Assembly (NCBI GenBank): GCA_951406725.2
Contig: OX597830.1
Coordinates: 23,250,001-23,314,000 of the forward strand
DNA length: 64,000 bases
Reading direction: 5' to 3'
From: Octopus vulgaris
Taxonomy: Eukaryota
In this document: piece after piece, positions 1 to 12,926 of the stretch
Layout: every line of letters starts with the position of its first letter
Numbering within the stretch: position 1 is the first letter of the stretch
Position numbers and translations under genes: made by a program
Notes under the pieces: generated by a model
Told to the model about the DNA's origin: nothing
Seen by the model: only the letters and a program-made list of their open reading frames with translations
Databases searched by the model: none

Positions 1-130
1 AGGAGTAAAAGTATGAGAAGAGGGGCCAGAGCAAAAGGAATTTCTTCCTGTAGAGGAGGAGCCACAAAACTCACATTTTAGAAGGGAGTATTGTCCTCCT
101 TTTATACCCTTGAACCCTCAACCCTTAAAT

Positions 131-458
131 CAATGGTCCTCAACCGGGGTCCATATAAGATCTTTGGGTGTCCACGCAACAAATAAGTAAATTGGGAATC
201 TACAAAAGTATTTTAAGGGCCCCTGAAAATATTCTGCTTTAGTTGTATGTATTGGTATATATTGCAAGAAACAGCTGGGTTTCTTTCTCTAACATTTTCC
301 ATAGTTCAACCTACAAGTTAATGTGTGAAAAACAAAATAGGAATTCAGAAAGAAGTTTCTATAAAATTTGTTTTTAAGCATCAAATGGCTACAGGGGTCC
401 ACCAGAATAAAATAGTAATCAAAGGGGTCCATAGATAAAAAGTGGTTGAGAACCCCTG
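131..458. mobile_element. hAT/Charlie-like MITE
   Basis: Termini CAATGGTCCTCAACC ... GGTTGAGAACCCCTG are imperfect inverted repeats; no ORF. A related partial copy in the opposite orientation lies at ~9660-9893. Confidence 0.6.
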
Positions 459-1357
459 CTCAAATGAGTCATGGTGTGTTGTCATGACATTAGGGGTGAG
501 TTGGGTACTTGACCTTTTTGTTACCATACTCTACTGAAATATACTGCTTTTAAATTTAATTTTGAAAATAATCGCAAATTTAATATAATTAATTTTGTTG
601 TTCATCTGATGTTTGAAACATAAATTGACATGAATTTTTTTTTATGTAATGTTTTAATTTACGTAAAAATACTTAATTATAGGGATGTAAGCAGACCGAC
701 ACTGGTTGTAAAGCTGTGAAGGGACAAACACAAAGCGTCACACACACACATATACGTATGTCAGTTAATACAAACAGGAAAAAAGAACTCCAGACACGAC
801 ATGTGTATGTGTGTGTGTGTGTATCCTTTTCCTATTTTCCAATTTTTAATTGGCTGAAGTTACAAAGTGACTCAAGACCCGAGAGTTTTGTGCAATACAC
901 CAAGCTAAGTATCATTTATGAAATTCTTGGTTTTTGAACTTCTTTGCATTTTTTGTTGACTAAAAATATAAAAAATACATGTATACACACACACATGCAC
1001 ATACATGAAAGGCTTCTTTAAGTTTTAGGCACCCAGATTCACTCACAAGGCATTGGTTGGCTTGAGGCTATAGTAGGAGACACTTGCCTAAGGTACCGTG
1101 CAGTAGGATTGGACCCCAAATTATGCGGTTCTGAAGTGAGCAGCTTAACCACATAGCCACTGTGATTTTTCTAGTTGATGTTGTTTGTGCATGTCAGTTA
1201 TAGTGAAAGCCATGTTAGAATGGTGGGAGATGAAACAGCAAAGAACAAAAAAAAAACACTAAAACATTCTATCTCTCTCTCTTTCTGTCTCTCTCTTTCT
1301 CTTCACAATAGAGGTCGTTTGGCTCCAGAGTAGCTTTGATCAAGCAAAATCTATGAT

Positions 1358-1580
1358 AAACCCTTTAGCACATAAACCAGCCATATCTGGCCAAAATATC
1401 TTATTTGCTTTATGTTCAAACAGGACAGATCCAACCTCTCACACCTACACTACAATGTCAGTCTAAAAATAAACAACTGGATCAAAATTTCAGCGCTATA
1501 AGATCATATAAGATTAATTCAAAACAACGTGAACAAATAAACATCACATTTGACTGAGTAAACTGAATGCTAAAGGGTAA
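1358..1580. mobile_element. piggyBac-like MITE
   Basis: Ends AACCCTTTAGC ... GCTAAAGGGT with degenerate TTAA flanks. Related copies at ~1900-2050 (partial) and ~19912-20135; similar termini at ~15472-15683. Confidence 0.55.
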
Positions 1581-2497
1581 CATTTTAGCGTTTAAACAGA
1601 CCAGTGGGTTTGTGGCTGCAGTAAAAAAGACAAAACAAAGCCGCAGAATACGACAAAGAGATGGGATTCCTTATCTCAAGTAGCTGAGTAAGAGGGACTG
1701 CCAGCAAAGTGGGGTCCTAGGTGGGAATGCAGAATTGATATATGTATGGGGGAACATTTTGCAGTGAGGGGGAATAATATTTTTTTTCAGAATTCTAGAA
1801 CATCACAGTTGCCAACATTTGCCCTGCAAAACCTATTTTGAACAATGTGGTTATAGATACATATAAAAGACGTATTTCACCAGGCATTATTAATAAATAT
1901 ATTCTACCTGTTTACTATACAAACTGGCCAGACCTGGCCTCTCACACCTACCCAACAATGTCATTCAAAATATAAGCAGTCATGCCATTGAAATCCCAAA
2001 GCTATGAAATAATGCATGATTAATTCGAATCAATGTAAACAAGTATGTATTACGATCTAGCAAGGCCATGATCAAAGGTATGATACACCTTTCAGCAAGC
2101 ATAGTGCACCTAGGACTACATTATCCAATGTACCCACCCGTTGTTACTATTGCTGTTGATTATCTCAAGATCAGCTGCGATTAAGCATGTCTATTTGATC
2201 AAAGTTGTTCCAAGCATGACCATCAAACCATTCATTCAACAATGAGATATATCTAGGACAACATTATCTATTGTATCCTTCCTTTATTATAATGGTAGGG
2301 CGTGACTTTAGAATGATATTACTGCTATTTATAGTAAGTGGAAGCTCCTTCCTTGGTCCACATGCAGCAGGTAGTATAACAGTGTAAATGATGATTATAA
2401 TAATGATGGTATTAGTAGTGGTATTGGTGGTATGGCAAGTCATGAATACTTAATTTCATATTGTAATATAGCCATATATATATATATATGTGTGTGT

Positions 2498-2794
2498 GGA
2501 GGCGCAATGGCCCAGTGGTTAGGGAAGCGGACTTGTGGTCGCAGGATCGCGGTTTCGATTCCCAGACCGGGCGTTGTGGGTGTTTATTGAGCAAAAACAC
2601 CTAAAAGCTCCACAAAGCTCCGCCAGGGGGTGGTGATCCCTGCTGTACTCTTTCACCACTCTTTCTCCCACTCTTTCTTCTGTTGGTCTGCTCGCTTAGC
2701 CAGCTGGGTGGCGTCATTCGAAGGCTAAAACAATGCGAACGCATTGTGACCAGCGGTGTGTAACAACATCTGATGGTCTGGTTGGTCACGTGAT

Positions 2795-2801
<7 letters not shown>
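2498..2801 (+). mobile_element. tRNA-derived SINE (family C)
   Basis: A-box-like TGGCCCAGTGG and B-box-like GGTTTCGATTCC, ending in CACGTGA next to (TA)n. A minus-strand copy lies at ~46151-46428. Confidence 0.75.
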
Positions 2802-2829
<28 letters not shown>

Positions 2830-2831
<2 letters not shown>

Positions 2832-3220
2832 TACAGGAGAGGCTGTGTGGTAAGTAGCTTGCTTACCAACCACATGGTTCCAGGTTCAGTTCTACTGCAT
2901 GGCACCTTGTGATTGGATTTGGTAGACGGAAACTAAAAGAAGCCTGTCATATATATATATATATATATATAAAAACAGAGAGACCGATGTATCTGTAGGT
3001 GTGTGTTTGTATGCTCGTGTGTCTGTGTTTGTCCCCCCACCATCACCCGATAAGCGATGCTGGTGTGGGTACATCTCCCTTAACTTAGCAGTTTGGAAAA
3101 AAAGACACCGATAGTATAAGTACTAGGCTTACAAAGAATAAGTCTTGGTGTTGATTTGTTCGACTAAAGGCAGTGCTCCAGTATGGCCAAAGTCAAATGA
3201 CTGAAACAAGTAAAAGAATA
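2830..3220 (+). mobile_element. tRNA-derived SINE (family A, internal TA/TG microsatellite)
   Basis: Head GGCTGTGTGGTAAGTAGCTTGCTTACCAACCACATGGTTCC, B-box-like GGTTCAGT, tail ATGACTGAAACAAGTAAAAGA. Many copies across the window. Confidence 0.85.
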
Positions 3221-3223
3221 AAC

Positions 3224-3285
<62 letters not shown>

Positions 3286-4639
3286 TTGCACTAAAATAAA
3301 CTTTACTGCTACTATGTAGTAGTAGTAGTAGTAGTAGTAATAGTAGTAGTAGTAGTATACAATTGTTATACTTTTGTTATTGTTTTGTGTGTGCTATTCT
3401 TTGTGCGTCGAATTTTATTTATTTATGTATGGAAATGAGTTTAAAAAGAGTATTTTACATAAAATAAAAAAAAAAAATGACAACTGCAAACATTCACTTG
3501 GTACATGTGCAGAGTGGAAAGTGTGGGGTGGGGGAGTAGAGGGGGGGGGAAGTGTTAGTGGTGAGAGGAGGAGGAGGAGGTGGAGTGAAAGAACAGAGGC
3601 GGCTTAATAATGAGTTAGGTGGCTGAAAATATGTAGAGGAGTGGCGAGGGGCGTGGGCGGCATGGCGTGCACATTCGCACTGGAGTATGAGAGGCGGATC
3701 AGAAACCTTTATGTGAACCCCCATCACCACCATCTATTCCTCTCTCTCTCTCTCTCTGCTGCCAAGTTCTTTGCCTTCCGGTACCACTACGATACAAGTC
3801 ATCATCAACAACATATTCTGTTACCACTTGTCTCTGTTTGATCAATGGTCTCTGGATCATTATTTCTCGAATCCTTCCTCTGTCTTTTGATCTTCTAAAA
3901 ATCATTAACGCCCCTAGATTTGGTAGACGGAAACTGAAAGAAGCCTATTGTAATATATATATATTTACTACCCACAAGGGGATAAACACAAAGGGGACAA
4001 ACAAGGACAGACAAACGGATTAAGTCGATTACATCGACCCCAGTGCGAAACTGGTACTTAATTTATCGCCCCTGAAAGAATGAAAGGCAAAGTCGACCTC
4101 GGTGGAATTTGAACTCAGAACGTAACGGCAGACTAAATACGGCTACGCATTTCGCCCAGCGTGCTAACGTTTCTGCCAACTCGCCTATATATATATATAT
4201 GTGCGTGTGTGTATGTGTGTGTGTGTATGCATGTTTGTGTGTCTGTGTGTCCCCTCAACGTTGCTTGACAACCGGTGCTGGTGAGTTTACGTCCCCGTAA
4301 CTTAGCGGTTCAGCAAAAGACACAGCTGGTCCCTGAGTGAAATAGTTACTTTCCTTCCCTTTATGTCTATCTGTATTAATCTTTAGGCTTGCATGTGGTT
4401 AAGAAGCTCACTTTGAAGCTACATGGATCTGAGTTCAGTCCCACCGTGCGACACCTTGGGCAGGTGACTTCTACTATAGCCCTGAACTGACCAGTGTCTT
4501 GTGAGCAAATGTAGTAGATGGAAACTGTATTGAAGCCTGTCATATGTGTATGTGTGTGTGTGTTTGCCCCCCACTACCACCATCACTTGACAACTGGTGT
4601 TAGTTTGTTTATATCCCTGTAACTTATTAAATAATAATA

Positions 4640-4800
4640 ATAACATCAGCAAAAATACCTTAGGAATGAGAACCCGGGCAGGGTTCAAAATTCTTCCAGG
4701 ACACCTGATGAAGGCTGGAGAGTAAATCGGCCGAAATGTTGTAGTAACAACAAACAAGATGAAGACACATATCCGTCCAATGTAAATAATGTAAATAATA
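4640..4800 (+). mobile_element. Penelope-like terminal repeat fragment with minimal hammerhead-like motif (4700-4745)
   Basis: GACAC-CTGATGA-A-GGCTGG..TCGGCC-GAAAT-GTT-GTAGT; intact CUGAUGA and stem II, stems I and III partly decayed. Confidence 0.55.
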
Positions 4801-5556
4801 TCAACCCCAGTGTTCAACTGGTACTTATTTTATCGACCTCAAAAGGATGGAAAGCAAAGTTGACCTCAGCGGAATTTCAACTCAGAAAGTAAAGAACGGA
4901 AAGTAAGCTCAGGGGTGAAGGGGTTAATTTGATTACATCGACCCAGTGGTCAATTTGTACTTATTTTATTGACCCAAAATGGACGAAAGGCAAAACTGAC
5001 CTTGCTGCCACAAAAAAATATTCAATATGAAATGGTTAGCGAGGAGTCCAGAGCAGTCTATGGTAGACACAGTAGCCAGTATCAACACCTGGAAGGAAAC
5101 TTTACATGGTTACTCAGACTGCTAGAAATAGCAACAAAATCTCCCTTGCATAAACTATTCTCTTAAGAGAAACAATAAATTCTTAAAAAGACACGGTGGG
5201 ATGGTCACGGCTGGAATGTCTTTGATCAGCGGGGCACATGTTGGGTTGACTTGGGGGATCAACAACAACAACAGCATTATTAAACAACAGGGTGAGAGGA
5301 AGTGATGAGGACTTTTATTTTATGAGAAAGCAGGATGTGACCATATCAAAATAATATGGAACAAATTACCCCCTTCTTCCTCTTCACCTTACCCCACTTC
5401 TACTCATTTTGTCATTCCTATCCCTCACTCTGTAAACCTCCACCACACACACATATATCACAATGCCACCATCCTCACCCCCATCAGAAGAACCACACCC
5501 ACTACTAACCATACTATACCCATATCAAACTACAATTGTCACCATAATCCACATCA

Positions 5557-6640
5557 ATGCCACCATCACCACCACCACTGCTATCACTGCCATCACCCTA
5601 CCACCACCACTGCCTCCACCATCACCACTACAATAACCACCACCACCACTGCCGCCACCACCAACACCACCACTGCAACCACTACCATAACCACCACTGC
5701 CTTCACCACCACCACCATCACCCCCACCACCACAAACTTAACCACCACTGCCTTTACCTCCACTGCCACCACAACAACTACTACCACCGCCACTGCCTCC
5801 ACCACCACCACCACTGCACCCACTACCATAACCACTACTGCCTTCACAACCACTACCATAACCACTACCACCACCACCACCACCACTGATGCTGCTGGCA
5901 CCATCAACACTGTCAAAAGGCTACTGCATCACCATTACTGCCACTGCTACCACTACCACCTCCTCCACAACCACCAGTACTACTGCCACCGTCACTACAT
6001 CACTGTCAAAACACCAAGAGCCTCACCACCACTACTGCTACCAACACTGCTCCTGCCACCACAACCAAGACCACTAGCACCATCACCAAAATCACTGTCG
6101 AAAGACCAACAGCTTCAGCTACAGCACTGCCAAGACCATCATCATCACCACCACCACCACCACCATGTCACTGCCACCACCACCGTGTCACTGCCACCAC
6201 ACACAGACAACAGACAACATAGCTTCTGCTACCACACCACACCACACTACACCACACCACACCACACTGCTGTCAAAACATCAACACCTCTCTACCCATG
6301 ACACCATCATCACACCACACGGTCACCACACCTTGTGTCATTGCAACACAATCAACCACTGTCATCATAAAAGCACCCACCCACTTAGTCCTCGCCCTGC
6401 CGCAGCACCCGCCCGCCTACCACCAAATTCCCCCCACCCCCACCACCGCCGTCATCACACCACCATTAAAACATTAACATCGCTGCTCCCCTCCCCCTTG
6501 CATCCTCCCCACCGTCAACGCCACACTGTCATTAGTGCACCGCATCACACCATCCTATCAATATCATCACCACAGCATCATCAGTCACCTTATTCTCACT
6601 ACTACTATCACTGCTGCTCTTGCTGCTGCCGCTGCTGCTG
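5557..6640. repeat. Degenerate (CAC/CCA)n low-complexity tract
   Basis: About 1.1 kb of imperfect CAC repeats, giving His/Thr/Pro/Val-rich pseudo-ORFs in several frames. Confidence 0.9.
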
Positions 6641-6684
6641 ATGCCATAGATTAACTGCGGTCACTATATCCAGGAACTGATAAT

Positions 6685-7087
6685 CTCTTTTACTCGTTTC
6701 AGTCATTTGACTGCGGCCATGCTGGAGCACTGCCTTTAATCGAGCAACTCGACCCCGGCACTTATTCTTTGTAAGCCCAGTACTTATTCTATCGGCCTGT
6801 TTTGCCGAACCGCTAAGTGACGGGGACATAAACACACCAGCATCGGTTGTCAAGCAATGCTAGGGGGACAAACACAGACACACAAACACACACACACACT
6901 TATATATATAAATACATATATACGACGGGCTTCTTTCAGTTTCCGTCTACCAAATCCACTCACAAGGCTTTGGTTGGCCCGAGGCTATAGTAGAAGACAC
7001 TTGCTCATGGTGCCACGCAGTGGGACTTAACCTGGAACCATGTGGTTGGTAAACAAGCTACTTACCACACAGCCACTCCTGCGCCTG
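6685..7087 (-). mobile_element. SINE family A, full length
   Basis: Reverse-complement match to family A from tail to tRNA-like head. Confidence 0.85.
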
Positions 7088-7546
7088 GTAACAAAAAAAA
7101 AAAAAAATTGCTAATCTATGTCCCTGTGGCTATGATCGGGCTGGCGGAATCACTAACATGCTGGGCAGTGAAATGCTTAACAGTATTTCATCTGTCTGCA
7201 CGTTCTGAGTTCAAATTCCACTGAGGTCGACATTGCCATTCATCTGTTTTGTGGTTGATAAAATAAGTACCAGTTGCATACTGGGGTTGATGTAATCAAT
7301 TTACCCCCTCCTCCAAAATTGCTGGACTTGTGCCAAAATTTGAAACCAATACTGTTATTTCTACTACTACTACAATGACGACACATGGCTGTGTGGTTAA
7401 AAGATCATTTTGGAGCCAGATTGTGCAGGTTCAGTCTCACTGCATGGCACCTTGAGCAAGTGTCTTCTGCTATTGCTCTGGGCCAACCGGTGTCTTGTGA
7501 ATGCATTTGATAGGCAGAAATTGTGTGGAAGATCATTCTGTATATA

Positions 7547-7711
7547 CCGTATCTTAACGTGTATAAGGAACCCCCTAATTTTTGGGGCGTAAAATTTGGA
7601 AAAAAGGTTTTGTAAGGGATTATGATACTATCCATGTATAAGAACCCCCATCCCTATTTTTGTAACCTAATTTTTGACAAAAATGGGTCCCTTATACATG
7701 TTAAAATATGG
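7547..7711. mobile_element. Tc1/mariner (pogo-like) MITE
   Basis: TIRs CCGTATCTTAACGTGTATAAGG ... CCTTATACATGTTAAAATATGG; TA on the left flank. Confidence 0.65.
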
Positions 7712-7974
7712 TGTATGTAGTGGCTGTGTGGTAAGTAGCTTGCTTACCAACCACATGGTTCTGGGTTCAGTCCCACTGCGTGGCACCTTGGGCAAGTGTC
7801 TTCTACTATAGCCTTGGGGTCGACCAAAGCCTTGTGAGTGGATTTGGTAGATGGAAACTGAAAGAAGCCTGTTGTATGTATGTAATCCTTGTTCCTATAA
7901 CAGAAAGGACCACCACCACCACTACCACCACCACCACCACCATAACCCCCACAACCACTACTACTACTATAGAC

Positions 7975-8336
7975 AACCAGCTGGCAGAATCATAAAGCTT
8001 CCAAATAAATTCTTTGTGGTATTTCTTCCTACTTATTTTAGGTTTTGAGTTCAAATTTCAATGAGGTCAACTTTCCCTTTCATCCTTTCAGGCGGTGGGG
8101 ATAATGGTGACAGAATGAAGTACCAGTAGAGTACTTCACTCCTCACCTTAAAATTGCTGGCCTTGTGCTGAAATCAGAAACATCACCATTTAAAATCTGT
8201 TTCCCATGGTGGTATGGGTAGGATGGTTTGACAGGAACTAGCAAGACAGGGGACCGCAACAAGCTCTGCAGTCTGTTTTGCCATGGTTTCTACAGCTGGA
8301 TGCCCTTCCTAATGCTACACCATTATCATTATTATT

Positions 8337-8369
<33 letters not shown>

Positions 8370-9272
8370 AAGGCAGGAAGCAGCCAGAATCGTTGTAATG
8401 TAGTAGCAAACAAAATACTGCTGGGCGTTTTGCCTAACATGCTGAGTTCAAATTCCACCAAGGTCAACTTTGCCTTTCATCCTTTCGGGGCCGATAAATT
8501 AAGCACCACTGAAACACTGGGGTCGATGTAATCGACTCGTTGCCTCCCCCAAAATGGCTACCCTAGTAGCAAAATTCGAAACTATTATTATTATTATTGT
8601 TATTATTATTCTTTTTGTTGTTAGACAGCAAGCTGGCAGAACCGTTAGTAAGCCAGGCAAAATGCTTAGCTGTATTTCGTCTGTCACTATGTTCTGAGCT
8701 CAAATGCCACTAAGGTTGACCTTTTATCTCTTTGGGGTTGATAAAATAAGTACCAGTGAAACACTGGGGTTGATGTAATTGACTCAACCCCTCTCCCAAA
8801 ATTGTTGTCCTTGTGGCAAAATTTGAGACCATTATTATTATTATCATTATTAATTTCTTTATTGCGCACAGGGGGCTAAAAATAGAGGGGACAAACAAAG
8901 ACGGACAAAGAAGATATTAAGTTGATTAAATCGACTCCAGTGTGTAACTGGTACTTATTTAATCGACCCCAAAAGGATGAAAGGCAAATTTGACCTCGGC
9001 GGAATTTGAACTCGAAACACAAAGACAGACGAAATACCTATTTCTTTATCACCCACAAGGGGCTAAACATAGAGGGGACAAACAAAGACAGACAAATGGA
9101 TTAAGTTGATTAAATCGACCCCAGTGTGTAACTGGTACTTATTTAATCGACCCCAAAAGGATGAAAGGCAAAGTTGACCTCGGCGGAATTTGAACTCAAA
9201 ACATAAAGACAGACGAAATACCGCTAAGCATTTTGCTGGGCATGCTAATGGTTCTTCCAGCTCACTGCCCTT
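7975..9272. mobile_element. Cluster of family B SINEs (three on +, then a dimer on -)
   Basis: Repeated GAGTTCAAATTCC..GGTC(A/G)ACTTTGCCTTTCATCCTTTCGGGGTCGATAAA..AGTACCAGT core, separated by (ATT)n/(GTT)n. Confidence 0.85.
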
Positions 9273-9976
9273 ATCATATATTATTACTATTATTTAAAAG
9301 AAACTGAGGGTGGTTTGGAAAGCACTGCCCCACTTCCTTCCAAGTAAATTTCTTAAAAGGTCAGTGAATGTAGTGAGGATGGCCTGAATAAGGAAGGGGG
9401 CCTGCTCTTTAGCTTGCATCTACCTAGGTTGAAGAGAATGGATGAGTGAGGACTGGGTTCCCTGCAGTACTTTTGGTAGGCAGCATGATCCAGGATCTGT
9501 GGGGTTCCCTGATTGCCCCTGGGTAGTACTCCCTCCTATTAGAGAATTTTGTTACCAGCTTTCTTATTGCTATTGGTTTATTGTTTACATGTGGATATGT
9601 AAATCCCCACTGTCCTTTGAGTCTGTATTGTTCAAACTTTTTTTTCTCAGTCCTTGTGACTATGGACCCCTTTGATTCCAGTTGTACTCAGATGGATCCT
9701 CCTAGCCATCCAATGTTTAAAAAAATGATATATTTTTATAAATAAATATTAGGAATTGTTTTTAAAAAATTGGTTAAAATATTTTGTGAACTGTAGAAGT
9801 AAAACCAATTTATTGCACATAGATTTTAACAACAAAATCTTAAGAGCCATATGGACCCTCAAAGGCCATATCAATCCCGGTTGAGAACCACTGATTTACA
9901 ACAATCATATCAAGACAAGGTGACACTAACACACACACATTTATCTTGCAAGTTATTTGGTGACCCTGCTGGTGTT

Positions 9977-10375
9977 GGTGCCACGTAAAGAGAATCCAGT
10001 CCACACTGTAAAATGTTTGGCATTTGGAAGGACATCCAGTCGTAGAAAACCCTGCCGAAACAGACACAATAGCCTGGTGCTGTTTTCTACTTGGCGAGCT
10101 CCTGTCAAAGGTGCCATGTAAAGAGAATCCAGTCCACACTGTAAAATGTTTGGCATTTCGAAGGGCATCCAGTCGTAGAAAACCCTGCCGAAACAGACAC
10201 AATAGCCTGGTGCTGTTTTCTACTTGGCTAGCTTCTGTCAAAGGTGCCACATAAAGAGAATCCAGTCCACACTGTAAAATGTTTGGCATTTGGAAGGGCA
10301 TCCAGTTGTAGAAAACCCTGCCGAAACAGATACAACAGCCTGGTGTAGTCTTCTACTTGGCTGGCTCCTGTCAAA
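9977..10375 (+). repeat. Three tandem copies of a 133-bp unit inside an interspersed repeat (GGCATCCAG..GTAGAAA family)
   Basis: Unit starts GGTGCC at 9977, 10110 and 10243; copies are highly similar. Confidence 0.9.
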
Positions 10376-11087
10376 CTGTCCGACCCATGCCACCATGAAA
10401 TATCAACATTAAATGACGATGATGAAGACGATACACAAGATGGGCTTCTTCCAGTTTCCATCGACTAAATCCATTCACAAGTCTTAACAGAAGACACTTA
10501 CCCAAGGTGCCACACAGTGGGACTGAACACGAAACCATGTGGCTGAAAAGCAAACTTTACTATCACTCCTATTTGCACCATTTGGAAATGTATAAACATC
10601 ACAACTTCACATTATCCAGGCACTACCGGCTTTATGTGAGTTTTACTCTTGATTCAGAGAATATTCTTATTTATCACAATGTTTACACATGTTCTGGTGC
10701 AGTGCAGGTTCAAACCACTATTTATGTTACTATTTTTCTGTGGTGGTGGTCAAATCTCACATAATGATCTCACATTTCTCATTTGCTATAATTCTAAGTT
10801 TCTGTGCTACCATAATTAACAAGTAATTATTACTGATGACTAAATGAGAGGTGAGTAAGTATTAGCTCTGACTTCCTAACAGCAAACAGTTGTAGCACTC
10901 TCAAACGTTATTAGTGGCTTATTAATTAATTCAATGCCTGCAGCAATCCTGAATAGGAGAGTGGATTGGGATATTGGACTGGGATACAACAGCAAGATAT
11001 TCTCAGATAAGGCTGAAAGGAATTTTAAAACTTAAGATGGATGGAGAGGGAGACAAATGGAGTGATAAACAGGCCTATAGGTAGGCA

Positions 11088-11120
11088 GATAGACAAATAT
11101 AGGTAGACAGATAGATAGAC

Positions 11121-11166
<46 letters not shown>

Positions 11167-11210
11167 GTAGGTAGATAGATAGACAAATATAAATAGATAG
11201 ATAGACAAAT

Positions 11211-11243
<33 letters not shown>

Positions 11244-11248
11244 CAAAT

Positions 11249-11279
<31 letters not shown>

Positions 11280-11280
11280 T

Positions 11281-11325
<45 letters not shown>

Positions 11326-11330
11326 CAAAT

Positions 11331-11411
<81 letters not shown>

Positions 11412-11422
11412 CAAATATAGAC

Positions 11423-11453
<31 letters not shown>

Positions 11454-11458
11454 CAAAT

Positions 11459-11495
<37 letters not shown>

Positions 11496-11564
11496 CAAAT
11501 ACAGACAGATAGATAGATAGACAAATATAGATAGATAGGCGAATATAGATAGATAGATAGATAG

Positions 11565-11597
<33 letters not shown>

Positions 11598-11608
11598 TAT
11601 AGATAGAT
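11088..11608. repeat. (GATA)n microsatellite with periodic GACAAATATA interruptions
   Basis: Direct reading of the sequence. Confidence 0.95.
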
Positions 11609-11899
11609 CATCATCATCGTGTAATGTCCGTTTTCCATGCTGGCATGGGTTGGATGGTTCGACCGCCTAAGTAAGAAATTATTACAACTTAGTGCTGTAT
11701 GCATTATGATAGTCTCCCTTTTATTTTTTCATCCCGTTATTCTTTTACATGCTGGAGCACCAACTTAAGGGGCTTAGTACTTAATTCTATTTATCTCTTT
11801 TGCTGAACCACTAAGTTATGGGGATGTAAACACCAACATCAGTTGTCAAGCGATGGTTAGGGGTACAGACACAGACACACAAGTATATATATATATATA

Positions 11900-12926
11900 C
11901 AGGGGTTGGACGAAATAATGGAAACACTTAGCCTCATAGCTTCATAATTTTGAAATATCTATAAGACCATCAAAAGCTTGTTTATTTTTATGTTTTTTGA
12001 TTTATTATAAGTGTTGCTTAATAAGTTTTGCTAAAATTGCTGTTTCATTTCAGATATCATCAGAAAAAGGTAATTAAAATTCAATAAAATGACAGATCTA
12101 TCGGATTTTCAAAGCGTAGCGAAAACAGCCGAAATGTTTAGTGTATCAAGAAGTACTGTCTCGAAAGTAATGACAGCCTTTGAGAAAGAGGGAAAAACCT
12201 CCTCGTTGAAACAAAACTCCAGAAGAAAACCAAAACTTTCAGATAGGGACTGTCGGACTTTTACGCAAATTGTTATAAAGGATCAAAAAAGTATAGCTCC
12301 CAAAATTACTGCAGAGCTTAATGACCACCTCGAGAATCCAGTTTCCACAAAAATTGTTCACAAGGAGCTGCACAAAGTCGGTTTTCATGGGAGGGCTGCA
12401 ATCAGAAAACCACTACTTTCAAAAACAAACGTTGCAAAGTGTTTAGAGTGGAGTAAAAACCTACAGAATTGGTCCCTAGAGCCATGGAAGAATGTTATTT
12501 TCTTGAACGAGTCATCCACTACCTTATTTTCGACCACTGGCCGAGTATACGTGTGAAGACAGTCAAAAGAAGCATTTGACCCAGACTGCCTTCTTTCAAC
12601 TGTTAAACATAGAGGAGGATCTGTGATGATCTGGTGAGCTATATCTTGGAAATCCGCTGGCGCAATGTTTTTCCTTCATGGCAGGATTAATAGTCAAGAC
12701 TATTTAAGCATTTTATCTGATCAAATTCATCCTATGGTTGCGGGAGTGTTTCTGGAGGGAAACACAATCTTTTGGGATGATAATGCACCAATTGGAAACA
12801 ATTCAAACTTTGTATGAGTCCATACGTCATAGAATTCTAGCTGTAATTACTGCCAAAGGTAGTCCTAACACATATCAAAATAAATTTGAAATTTTAAGGT
12901 GTTTCCATTATTTTGTTCAACCCCTG
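11900..12926 (+). mobile_element. Tc1-family DNA transposon, internally deleted and defective
   Basis: TIRs CAGGGGTTGGACGAAATAATGGAAACAC / GTGTTTCCATTATTTTGTTCAACCCCTG with TA flanks. ORF 12089-12556 has the HTH regions, RKPLLS and WKNVIFLNES, followed by remnants VKHRGGSVMIW, DDNAP and LYESIRHRILAVITAKGSPNTY. Confidence 0.93.

Noticed and set aside
5557-6641. His-rich, Val-rich and Pro/Thr-rich ORFs suggesting a metal-binding or mucin-like protein
   Set aside because: Open on both strands and in several frames of a degenerate CAC repeat; no splice support.
9977-10375. CRISPR-like array
   Set aside because: Whole 133-bp units repeat with no unique spacers; eukaryotic context with no cas genes.
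11025-11704. Long YLSI-repeat ORFs
   Set aside because: Translation of the (GATA)n microsatellite.
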